Assembly: GCA_030265395.1 (NCBI GenBank)
Contig: JARFYF010000017.1
Coordinates: 39,276,767 to 39,340,766, forward strand
Direction of reading: 5' to 3'
Length of the DNA stretch: 64,000 nt
From: Rhina ancylostomus
Taxonomy: Eukaryota
Shown piece after piece: positions 39,031 to 51,073 of the stretch. The notes under the pieces are model-generated. The model worked only from the letters and a program-made list of their open reading frames with translations, ran no database searches and had not been told where the DNA came from. The position numbers and the translations under genes are program-made. Positions within the stretch are counted from its first letter, which is position 1. Each line of letters begins with the position of its first letter.

Positions 39031-41204
39031 GCCCAGACGTCTTGTTGTTTATCAGTTGTCAAATGGTCTCTTCCCCCCCACTTCCTGCCAGGCTGGGTTA
39101 GTGCTGTTCAGTCTGCTGTGAAATGGATTCAAAAACACTTTCATGTCAAAGACAACTTGGTTGAGGAGGTCTTTTAACTGTTCATTCCTGCAGGTGCTGA
39201 CTGCGTCCCGGGCCTCCACAAGCTCTCATCTGCCCCTGGCTCTCAGGCTGGGTCCTGGGGTGCTTGGGCTGTATGTGAGTTCCAATGTAGTGCACGTGAG
39301 GACACAAATTAACATGTTCAAGGAACAATTCAAGAATTATTTAGTTGGGGAACCTTGTCCCATCATTATATTTTTCTCGCTGAAAATGTGAGACATTTAT
39401 ACATCTTAGTAATCAAAACTAGAATGACATAGCCCACTGATTTCCAATGCAAAAATATTTTACAGCTATTTATTTTTACGAATAGCATCACGTAAGGAGC
39501 TTTAATACTGCAGCACAAAGGCTAGCTAAATCTGAAATGTAAAACTCACCACTGACACATGGTGGAGCTGGTCAGGAACTCCATTTGCATTAATATTGCA
39601 CCATGATATTACACCAAAGTTACTTTTTTATACAGCTGGCACTCCTATTTAATTTTATACTATTTTGTGGGTTGAATTCTATTCCTTGCCAATAACATGC
39701 AGAAACAATTAGTTCAAGCATTTTGGCTGTATGGAGATGTAAAGCACGGTACCAGAATATATTTAGAATTAAGTAATTTATTTTAGCCAGCTTCAAATGA
39801 TGTTTTTCTTTTTTAGTTTAAACCCTGATTTCAAACCTGTTGTAAAATTTGCAAGCACTCGAAAGTTTTCAGGAAACATACTCAAAAATAAGGCTGAAAA
39901 TGCAGAATATCACTTGTTGGGCATCACTTGGACAAATTACAGACTTTAAAAGGTACAGACCTTTACTAAGAATTTTCTATATCAAAGCTCTTCTGTACAT
40001 ACTAATTTGTAACATCTTATCTATGAACTTTATTATAAATAACAGCTTCTGGCTTCCAATTAACTCTTGTATAATATGTACCAGTATTTTGAGATTATAA
40101 TAAATTGTATAAAAAAATGTTGAAGAGTATCTGCCTCNNNNNNNNNNNNNNNNNNNNNNNNNNNNNNNNNNNNNNNNNNNNNNNNNNNNNNNNNNNNNNG
40201 TAAGATCACCAGATATTAAAAACTGGCGCAATATTACTTTCATGTTTTCACATGTCTTCTGTGCACCTTGAGACAACTAGGCTAACTTTCATCTTTCCAG
40301 AACCCCATGTAACCCTCTTTTGGGACTCTTATTGTGTTTTATGGTGTGCATGCCCTGATTAGTAAACAGTAAAAGTGTTCTCAGCCTAAACAAGGATCAA
40401 AGTCAAGTGTCAATGATAGGTCATGCTCTATCTGAACAATTTGCTGAAGCTAGTCATTTTTAAAGTGAGTGTTACTGTGAATTGATTCATGATTCCGACA
40501 GGAGCTGGCCATCATCATCGACGTACAATGTTCTTTATTTTCAGTCTTGATTAGAGAAAGTAGCTTCAGTAGCACCAAGTAATGTATCATCTCCAACTCA
40601 TTCTCTATCCAAAGTGGAGCTCTTAAATGCACACAGATTTTGCGATACAAGTGAAATGCTTTAAGTTAACATGAAGCTGGCTAGCCCATCAATTCTTTAA
40701 ATATCATTAAAAACAACTGAGGCAATCAAGAGAACTGCTTTGGAAAATTTCAACTTTTTTGCTTCATCATTTGAAGTGTCTCCTTTAGCTTTTAGTCAGT
40801 GCAAAATGAAAGTAGTGGGAGCGGTACTTGCATTGCGTCTGCTGGGTTAAATTGTACCATTAAAGTGAAACCATTACCCAGGTTGCAAGAGAAAAAGAGA
40901 AAACTGCAAACTCACAACACAATTGCCCATAATTTGGCCTGTGCTGCACATTTTCATGAATTAATTCTGTGATGGTGCTTTTCTTTTCTGCATGAAATTG
41001 CAGAGGAATTTGTTCCCCACCTGACTGGATGGATAGTGTAAAGCTGAATTTCATTTTACCTTTATAATAATGGTAAAGGGTTGATGTCGCCCAATCAGTT
41101 GTGATAGAAGAGAACAACGGGAGAGAAGTAAGCAAGTTATTTGTGGTGGCTATCACATAAAGACATTCTCCATCCTTTATTTCCAGCAATCATGTCCATG
41201 TTGT

Positions 41205-41580
41205 CACAGTTGGAACAGTACTCTCATCTCACATTGTTGAGGTGCTTGTACATTTCAGCCCTACAAAGAAGAGATTTGAACATAAAATCTAGACTGACTC
41301 ATTAACGTGGTACCAAAGGAGTGCTGGACCATGTGCTGAATGGTGCCATCTTCCAGGCGAAACATTCATCTGAAGCCCAATCTGCCTCAGAGATGGATGC
41401 AAAGGATGCAAAGAACATGGCCATATTTGGAAGATCAGTATTTAGTCTTCAACCAATATCAAGACAAAAGCTAGCCCTTTATTTCACTGGTGCTTTCAGG
41501 CCTTACATGACTACACACCAGCAGTATTTTCATTGGGTGAAAAGCATGTTGGTATGTCTCCAAATGGAAAGGCAAGTCTT
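41205..41580 (+). mobile_element. Ancient Deu-domain SINE, decayed
   Basis: aaaatctagactgac...aaggagtgctg...tggtgccatcttccag...gatggatgcaaagg. Confidence 0.55.
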
Positions 41581-42384
41581 TATTTGCTCACTTGACTATG
41601 GGACAAAGTTAATGATACAAGGAGGTGGCTAATGCTAAGGCATTATAGCACAATGTTGAATAATATAGGAAGATTTTTCTGAAGATTGTGAAGAATAATC
41701 CATAGCTAATGGGTTAATACTTTACAGCATTGGGTCCAATCATCATTTTCTAAGTACCAATTCTATAAAGTGTTTGCTGGCTAAATACAAGAGCTGTAGA
41801 CATGCACCATGGTTTCATTTTGGCTTGGCATCAATGTGGTCTCCTACGTTTATTTATTCTTGACGCTGAACCATTACTCACATCTTAAAAAAATGCTTAA
41901 TTGTGACAAGTGCTTGAAGATTTGGTCTTTGAGAGCAAAAGCAAAACTAGGAAACTGAGGTGAAAAGAAAAACAGGGTTGTTTTAAAATAATCTCTGCCC
42001 CAATGAAATTGCCTCTATACGTATCTCATTAGAAACAAACTGCATGTAAGATTAATTGTCATGGGGAAATGATGCACGAAAAGAGGAAAAGGTTTACAGG
42101 AAGGACAAATGATTTCCCCACCATTAACAGACTGATAAACTGATTCCTTCCATGAGAAATTCAAATTAGTTTTTAAAAGAACAGCTTCCCGCAGTAGTGG
42201 TTGTACTTCAGGGGAGCTGGGGGATCCAGCTTGATTTGTGCCCTGATATTTAAGTTGTATTGATGACATTAGATACTGAAGTAGGTGAGAAAAGACAACA
42301 TGGGGAACAGACAGAGTCAAAAAGCCATGAAAGCTGTAGAAAACAAAATATAATAATTGTATTCCAACAAAAACTCTGCAACTG

Positions 42385-42860
42385 GATATTCGACTTCCAC
42401 ATCAGCAAACCTCAGTAACGATTGGTAACATCTCCTCCTCGATGATCATCACCACAGGTTCACCTCAAGGCTGCGTGCTTAGCTCCCTGCTCTGCTCTCT
42501 ATACACACAAGTGTGTGACTAAGCACAGCTCCAAAGCCATCTTCAAATTCACCGATGACACTACTGTTGTTGAATGAATCACTGGTGGCAATGAGTCAGC
42601 TTACCGGAGTGAGATAGGACACCTGGTTGAGTGGTGCCACAACAACAACCTCTCACTCAACATCAGCAAAATAAAGAGCTGATTGTTGACTCCAGGAAGG
42701 GGAAGGAGGGCGAACAGGTGCCAGTCTACACTGGGGGATCAGCAGTGGAGAGAGTCAGCAGTTCTAAATTCCTGGGCATTAATATAATCAGATGACCTGT
42801 CCTGGGACCAGCACATAGATGCAATCATAAGGAAAGCACAACAGTGTCTTTACTTTTATA
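42385..42860 (+). mobile_element. Rex1/Babar LINE RT fragment
   Basis: TGSPQGCVLSSLL, FKFTDDTTVV, LVEWCHNNNLSLNISK, FLGI motifs. Confidence 0.88.
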
Positions 42861-43199
42861 GGACAATAAAACTCAACTTTGATAATTTGCCACTGTTCAA
42901 TAAAAACCCAAAATTAATCAGGAGCTTTGTGTTATGAGACGTGATCTCAGGCACTATGACTGAGAATGAGAGCCCAGGCTAGAGTTGCTCTCAGTGCCTC
43001 CAGGCTACATATGGAGTCATTAGTCCAGGGTTTTCGTTCCCAATTACTACTTGAAGAGCACTTGGGAAGGTCAGATGCTGCTACAAAAGGCCTAATGGCT
43101 TGTTAACACTTGTAGTCATGGAGATAGTGTGAAAAATATGTCTTTAAGGAAAAGTCCAGAGGGAAGCCTGTGAAAAGCTGGGCAGAGGAAGTGTCAATG

Positions 43200-45295
43200 A
43201 GGCATTTTCTGGAAATTTCCTAGAACACCATGTTCTGAGGCCAACCAGGGAGCCATCTATACTGGACTTGGTGTTGTGCAATGAAATGGCATTAATTAAT
43301 GACCTCATCATGAAGGTGCCCCTACCTAGTTAGGTATGACCACAGTATGATTGAATTTTACATTCAGTCTGATGGAAAGAACAATGCCTCCAAGGGTAGT
43401 ATTTCAAACTTAAACAGTCAACTACATAAGCACGAAAGCAGAACATGTTAAGGTGAACTATTAGGTGAAGGGACTTGTCACTTGAGAATGCAGTAGCAGG
43501 CATTTAAGGAGAGCTTCCAAAATATACAGTGTACATATATTCCAAAAGGGAAAGAAAAATTCCAAGGGAGGACCTACCATCTGTAGTTAATTAAAAGAGT
43601 TAAAGATAGCATCACATTTAAAGAAAAAAGCAGCATACACTTGTGTGAAGACGTGGGAGATCAGAAGATGAACAGAATGTAAAAAGAGCAATGAATTAGT
43701 AGAAGGTTAAAAAGGAAGGAAAAATTCGAGTACAATAGCCAAAAGCAGTAAAATAGACAGCAAGAGGTTTTATAGATATTTAAAGAAGAATTAACAATGT
43801 GTGTGTTGGTTCAATGGAAAGAGAAGATTTAACAATAGAAAACAAGGAGATGGCAGATGAGTCACTCTTCACTCTAAGTAACTCTCCAGAAAAAGCTAAA
43901 AGCTAAAAACTGGAAGCGAGAAAGAAACTCAGGAAAATTACAATCACCGGGGCAATGGTACTGAGCAAATTGCTGGAGCTGTGGTCTGATATGTCTACAA
44001 GTCCAAATGGACTTCATCTTAGGATCTTAAAAAAAAAGGGACCATTGAGATAACTGATTCAGAGAAGGTTCCATTAGACAGAAAAATAGAAAGAGCAAAA
44101 CATGGTTTTGTGAAAGGGAAATCATGTTTGACCAATTTATTCGAGTTCTTTGAAGAAGTAACATGCATATAAAGAAGACCTGTTGTACTATACTTAGATG
44201 TCCAGAAAGCACTTGATGAGGTAACATATCAAAGGTTGTGGTAGAAAATAAAAACAGCTGAAGGTAATATATTGGTATGAATAGAGGTTTGGCTGGCTAA
44301 CAGGAAACAGAGAGTAAGCACAAGGAAGTCTTTTATTGCTTGGCAGGATATAATAAGTGGTGTGCTAGTGGGAATGGTGCTAGGGGGCTCAACTTTTAAC
44401 AATTTATATAAATGACATAGGTGAAGCCACAGAAGGCAAGGTTACTAAATTTCCTGATGACACAAAGATAAGCAGGAAAGCAAGAAAGAGGAGTTAAGGA
44501 AGCTGCAAAAGGACGTAGAGATTTCAAGTGGTTGGGCAAAGATCAGGGAAATAGACTAAAATGTGAAATTGCCTTTTTGACAGGAAAAATAAAAAAGCAC
44601 GTGACAGATTGCAGAACTCTGAGATGCAGAGGGACCTGGATGTTCTTCACATGATTCCAAAAGGACCAACTTGCAAGTAAAACAAGTGATTAGGAAAGCT
44701 AACAAAGGTTACTGTTTATTGCTTTGGGAATTCAATGCAAAAGTAGAGAGGATATGCTTGAGTTATAGAGGGTATTGGTAAGATATCATCCAGAGATCTG
44801 TATACATTATTGCCCTCCTTATTTGTGGGAGGGTGCACTGGAAGCAGCTCAGAGAAGGTTTATGAGACTGATACCTGAAGTGGGCAGGTTGCTTTATGAG
44901 GAAAGGTCAGGCAGGCTACACTTGAATCTGGAGTTTAGAAAACTGCAAGTTGACATGATTGAAACCTACAAGAGATGAATCCTGACAGTGTGGACATGGA
45001 GAGGATACTGGGGATTACCATTTAAATATAAGGGCCACCCATTTAAGACAGAGGTGAGTTTTTGTTTCCTTTGAGAGAGTTGTATGTCTTTGGAACTTTC
45101 TTCACCAAATATTGGTGGAAGAGGAGTCCTTGAATACTTTCATGGCAAAAGTAAATACATACATGATAAACAAGGTGGCGAAAGGTTAGGTGGGAATGCA
45201 GAGTTGAGGCTACAATCAGATCAGCCATGATCTTACTGAATGAGGAGCAGCTTGAGGGGCCAAGTGGCCTATTCGTGCCCCCTAATTCATACATT
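43200..45295 (+). mobile_element. CR1 LINE, ~2.1 kb decayed, with internal deletions and 3' tail
   Basis: Endonuclease C-terminus (PTRE..ILDLVLCNE), QHGFVKGKSCLTNL.EFFEEV, YIND...KFPDDTK, 3' tail cagccatgatcttactgaatg... Confidence 0.88.
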
Positions 45296-47654
45296 CAGGA
45301 AAAGGTTTGAAGTGAAAGACGTATTAACTATTAAGTCAGAAGAAAGGCCAGTATTTTCACTCAAGATACCACAAGGCTGCTGAAACTCACTCTGATGAAT
45401 CCCACTTTAAAGATGGGTCATATACTAGAGTGTTCCTCTAGAAATAAAACCACTTCAAGTAATTAAAGAGGTCTTGATAGAAACTGGATGGTAACTGCCT
45501 ATAGGGACTTATAAATGGAGAACTCCACCAGTGTTAATGTCGCAATTGATCTCACCTGCAGTTGCTACTAGAAAACCCTCTATTTATATAATCTTTCTAA
45601 CTACTCCCCAAACTCACTCCAAATCATCTTTTCGTGCAATTTTCATTCTCTCTCTCTCTCTCTCGGCAAGCCCAATGATGAAGACAAAATTGTCTTAATT
45701 CAAGGAGCAGGTCCAATTCACAGCACCCTATCACATCTCTCATTACAACTCCAAACACTATACATGTTATAAATTACTTTGAAGTGCAGCCATTTGGTGA
45801 GTCAGCAGCCACCTCATACACATGGCCCAAAAAACATCAGCAAGGGACTTTGCTGTGGTACTGATACAAACACTGGTAAATGAGTAGACCCCAACATCAA
45901 CAGACATTGATATTTGCAATTAGTTACTTGAACGTAGAAACAAAGAACTTGCAAAATGGAGTTTGCAAATTCTCCAGCCAACTTTGTGGAGTGAAAACAA
46001 CACATATTTATATCCCAGCTGCACACTATAATCCACAAGATAGCATCTTTAATCGAGTGTAATATCCCTAGGTGCTTCACAGGAGCATTCAGGTAAAAAC
46101 TAACACAAAGCCAAAGGGCAGGTGGCCTGAAGCTTGGTCAAAGAGGTACAGATTAACAAACATTTCAGAGTTGGAGAGATTTATGGAGGAAAGCCAACTA
46201 TTAACTCAATACCTTGAAGATATGAAGCAACTTAGTCGCATGAAGAATATGCATGTCATTTCTTAATTTCCTTTCCTAATTTTTCTGAATTAAATTAGCT
46301 ACAATTTTTCTGTATATTTAATTGATTTATGAACATAGCTGATTAAATAATTCCCATGTGCTTATAAACTAATTAGGCAGCACCTGAAGTGTGAGCACAA
46401 CTTTATGAAGACTGTCAAGCACTAGAGAAGGCACAGAGGGTGGAAGCAGAGGTGAGGTGGGGGTCCAGGTCTGTGAAGAGTCTGGAGAAGCTGGGGTTTT
46501 CACTCCAAAGTGGAGAAGGCAGAGTTTTAATAGTGAAGTACATGGTAATAGGACAATAGGGGAATATCACAGGGCATTAACCACTCCACATGGAAAGACA
46601 TCAGCAGCAAATAACTGGTTTCTTTAGTTAGTCATTAGGGGACAGGGATTTTTATCTAACAGTTAAACTTTTTGCAGTAATTATTATAGAAAGCTAGGTA
46701 ACAGACTTGCTGATCCATCACAAGGAAAGAAGTACACAGATTTCACAACAAGACCCGGAGTACTCTCTCATGAGATGTACTTTGCTCAAGATATTCCCAT
46801 CAGCACAGGGAGATGCCAGACAAAACAGCCTCTTTGTTAGTGTATGTGAAATTAACAGGAATAGCTTAAGACCAGTAGCAAAGATCGCTCTAGAAAACCT
46901 CCAAGGATGATGCCAGAGTAATCCAACACCTAGTCACAGCAGTTGCTTACTGAGAGATGATACCTGAGCATGAAAACACAACAGTATAGGGTCTTTGTAA
47001 ACACTGGTCACACAAGGGGAACAAGTGGCTGATCATGAGCTCATCTGCACCCGACTGGCTCAGTGCTGATAACTATCCTTCTTTGCAATTGGATGAAAAT
47101 GCTGGACTTTATCTAAAAACATGTATCAGAACACCTTGCAATGCACAATTGGAAAGAGTGTGTGAACCAAGCTGAGGAAGGTGAATGAGCCCTTCTCCAC
47201 TTGTAGTGTACGATCGATCATAATAAATGAACTTCTGCTTGACCTAACAATGGACAGTGGGAGTGACTTGTAATATTAAACTTCTGATGAACAAGCAGCT
47301 AGGTCATCTTCTAATGTAATAGTTGGGTTCCATCAGGGTCCAAGTGCTATTTTACTCAGAGAGATACGTGAAGGCTTCCCACCTGGTCAAAGTTGCCAGG
47401 AGATGGACTGAACACCAGAGGTCATCTAGCTTTAACTTTGTAGATATTATTTTAATATGCTAATTGTAAAATAACCCTCATGGGAAGAAAGGAAAAAATT
47501 AATGACAATCTTTACGCTGGGGTTAACGGGACTTGGGACACTCCCCACAAAGAGCAGTGGGAGCAGAATCTAGAGGAGAAAAGACAGACGCATATTTGGA
47601 AAAGATACAGAGGGAGTAGAGTACAGGCTAAAATGTCCAAATGGATTGAAAATC

Positions 47655-47815
47655 AACCAACTGCAAATATTAGAAATCTGAAATAATAACAGAAAATGCT
47701 GAAGGTACTCAGCAGGTTGGGCAGTATCTGTCAAGAAAGAAACAGTTAATGTTCTGGGCTGAAGATCCAATGTCAATCCTGATGCGATGCCTCCAGCATT
47801 TTGTATTTTTATTCC
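47655..47815. mobile_element. Short Penelope-like terminus fragment
   Basis: aaatctgaaataataacagaaaatgctg...cagcaggttgggcagtatctg. Confidence 0.55.
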
Positions 47816-49274
47816 AAACGGATGATCTTTTCAGAGTCCTTGTAGGCACATTGGCTGAATCATCTCCTCCTGTGCCAGAGCACCCAACAATTCTAAGCCA
47901 CTGTAGAGATACTTATTAAAGGGTCAGAACCTTGTGCACATGGTTGGCTTATCAGAAACTGATCTATATATAAAAAAAATTATCTGCTCCCTCCAAATCA
48001 ACTCTTCAGTGTCTGTAGCTTGAGGAGGCCTTTAAAGGTTTGGATACTTTCCCCAAATGTGATTCCATTAATAAAGGTTACACATCGGTGTACATTTTGC
48101 AGTGACACCATTTATTTTGAAATACTGCAACTTCTCTTCATCGTTTTTTTATTTTACATTTTCTCCCTAAACAGGATTCCAGTATGAAGCTAAATTGTTA
48201 TACTGCAGGTGAATTTTTAAATTAAGCATGAGGCACTAGAAAGTAGAAAAATACATTTTAAAATCGTTTGAAACCTAGAGTTTCCCAATAATGGCTATAT
48301 AGACTTTATAGATTTTGTATACAATCCTTAGTATGTTTAATTGCAGTTGGAAGAAGCAAGATGGCTTTGATAGTTTATTTCCTGTAAACCAGCATTGCTA
48401 TCAACAGTTAGTACTGATTCATGTTCAATGCACGTACATTAAGTAATGAATATTGTGACCAGCATTTATCATGTAAAGTTCTTGCTTTCAACAGATGGGT
48501 TTTCGAACATTTGGTTAATGCAGATAGGGCTAACGTGACAGGAAAACAACAAATATTTTCCAGTTCTTTTCATTGGCAAACCATCAGCCACAATGCAATG
48601 CACAATAGTGCAACAATGAAACACCAGTTATTTGAAACAACAACCAGCCCTGCGTGTATAAACGAATGCACACCACAGAGCAAAAGATCTACCTTAGTGC
48701 AGGACAGAATCATGTCGCCTCTTTAAAAGCACTCTCCAGCTTGCTTCTTTCCCCTCTGCAATATTTTCCTATGTCTATTTCCCTCTGAAAGTTATTCGAT
48801 CTGCTTCCACCACCCTCTCAGGCAGTATATTCCACATCATAACAACTGCATGCAACTGCTGATTTGATACAGTCCAGACTTCATTAGATGCAAACCAGAA
48901 AACATTTCTTTTGGAATAACAACAAAAAGTATAGGATACATCTGATTACAAATGCCATCTTTGCTAATATTTACACTTTTGCACTGGTATTTTTATTTTT
49001 TCATGTTTATGATCTTTTCTCCCCCCCCCAGGAGTCAAAGATCTAAGCCATGAAATTTATCAATTCTTTCAAAAGTGCAGCGAACAGCCTGTGTATGTCA
49101 TCTGGAGATTAATGCCAATGAGGGTTTGTTTAGTGTTGCACATATGGACCAACAATTAAGAATTATCATGTGGTATAGGGAAATGTACAGGGTCTACACT
49201 CAAAATACTCGAAATGAGAATACACAGCAAAACGGGGAAGTGTTTGGGAATATCTATTTCCTCTTCTCATGTGA

Positions 49275-49590
49275 AAAAACAACAAGATGCTGGAGAAACT
49301 CAGCAGGCCAGGCAGCATCCATGGAGAAAAGCAATCAATGTTTCGGGTCAGAACCCTTCTTCAGGACTGAAGATAGGAAAAGGGGAAGCCCATTATATAG
49401 GAGGGAAAAACAGAGCAGCGATAAGTGGACAAAAGAGGGGAGGTGGGGTGGGCACAAGGTGGTGATAGGTAGATGCAGGTAAGAGACAGTGATAGGCATT
49501 TGTAGGGGAGGGGAGGAGAGCAGATCCACCAGGGGATGGGTCAAAGGTATGGAGGCTGGCGGCATGGGGGGAGGGGACGAGAGGAAAAAA
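49275..49590 (-). mobile_element. Penelope-like terminal repeat; close paralog of 22530-22770
   Basis: Near-identical sequence (ggacaaaagaggggaggtggggtgggcacaag...) and matching ORF-track pseudo-translations. Confidence 0.8.
49332..49369 (-). ncRNA. Minimal hammerhead motif, CUGANGA and GAAA boxes intact, sense to FHOD1 pre-mRNA
   Basis: Minus strand: CAGTC-CTGAAGA-AGGGTTCTGACCC-GAAAC-ATT-GATTG. Confidence 0.65.
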
Positions 49591-50717
49591 CTATCCTTAG
49601 TTCTGGACAATTACTACGGTGTAACTATACACCTAAATAAAACAATTTTCATTATCCTGTTACAGGCACGAAGAAATTGTCACTTCACAGCCAGGGGTCC
49701 CCTTCCATTATACTAATGTTCAAAGACCTAATACCCTCCAAACCTGGAATGTCAGGCAGGCTGTGGATTTTTCCAATTTTGACAATCCATTTGCATGGAT
49801 GAGCCAGGCAGCAGGAACATTTCTACATGGCATGATATGGTAAGGTTAAATTTAGGTTTTCATGTTTGGGTGTGAAAAATGCCTCAGACACACATGCAAA
49901 CATAAAGGCATACTCACGCCTGCTTTTGTTTCTAGGGTCAATTCAACCTTGGGCATCAGATGAAGGAGAAAATATTTAACTCTAAATGATCAAATCAACT
50001 CCAATATACCTTTGTAACAGTGTACCTAATTCTTCAGCTTTCAACACAGTATTGCTTCCTATTGGGCCAGAAGCTAATGTACCATTTGCAATTGACTATT
50101 ATACAAGTCTGAGCAGAAAATACTTCTCTGCAGTTAAAAGGCAAGGGGCCAAAGATTCCAACATCAGCACAATCACTTAAAACATGTTTGTACTGTCATA
50201 ATATCTTGGATTATATCTCTACGATGCTCCACATAAAACAGAACTAAACCATGAGCTACCCAGTGATATACATCATTCTAAGAATTAAAGACATATTAAA
50301 TTCTTCTTAGCTGGCAATACTATTGGCAACCAACAGACCCTTCTCTTTAAAATGGAATTGAATGGGTATAACTGGAACAAACTTAAAAATGAGCAACAGC
50401 TTCAAAGGTCAGCAGCTTAAAGCAAGAAAGCATGCACAATTTTACAGCATTTTCCATGATCTATGAACGTTCCAAAGTGTTTTATAGCTAATCAACTAAT
50501 TTTATTGAAAAAAAAATTAGATACTTGTTCACTACACTTAATCTTCAAAACAAAAATGCTCCTTCACTTATTTTGTGCAGTTGGACCTCATCATTGCCTC
50601 CTGAGTGCTAGAAGTTTATGTTCATAACTATACTAAAGCATCAAATTGCATGCACTCTGTCCAATATAAAATCAGTTAGGAATAAACAAACAGCTTTTAT
50701 GCAAAACAGAAACTTAC

Positions 50718-51073
50718 TGTGTTGAAGTTTTTACTTGGTTTGCGGATGGTGAATTTAGGTCTCTAGCAGGGGTTGCAGGTACGGTTGAAGTTATTGCAGA
50801 TTGTGTTTGGTCATCAGGTTGCTCTGGATGGATAGAAATCACCTTCGAAGTCTTAATGCCCTGTGTTGTGGGACTGCAGGGGCTCATTCCTTCAGGGGTT
50901 AGTTTGTGAGGAGCAGCCTGTGCTGGCCTGGTTGGTGACAGCTCGGCCATATTTTGTCCTGAAGATCGTCTGTTTTTTCGTCCATCATCCCCATTTGGGG
51001 TCAGCTTCCTTCTGTCCCTTCGTGCATTTGGTGTGTGCCCATCATCTTCACCATCCTCATGCTTCAGTGCATT
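50718..51073 (-). CDS. FHOD1: FHOD1 exon at the end of GBD/FH3 (NALKHEDGEDDG...RRDRRK...KTST), 356 nt, phase 0->2
   Basis: ttttcctttacccag|AAT acceptor, CA|gtaagt donor; matches human FHOD1 NALKLEDGD...RRERRK. Confidence 0.93.

Larger units (their letters stand above)
237..51073 (-). other. FHOD1: FHOD1 (FH1/FH2 domain-containing formin 1) gene, partial span; 5' and 3' exons outside window
   Basis: Chain of GT-AG exons with compatible phases. FHOD1-type motifs [41 protein letters not shown], [16 protein letters not shown], [16 protein letters not shown] and RFLENL, whereas FHOD3 has KKKTIRLFW, LDSKRS, LPPPRT and EVAEPLLDLKEG. Confidence 0.88.

Noticed and set aside
49918-49981. Possible exon ending GGC|gtgagt
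   Set aside because: Not frame-preserving with phase-2 neighbours; no similarity
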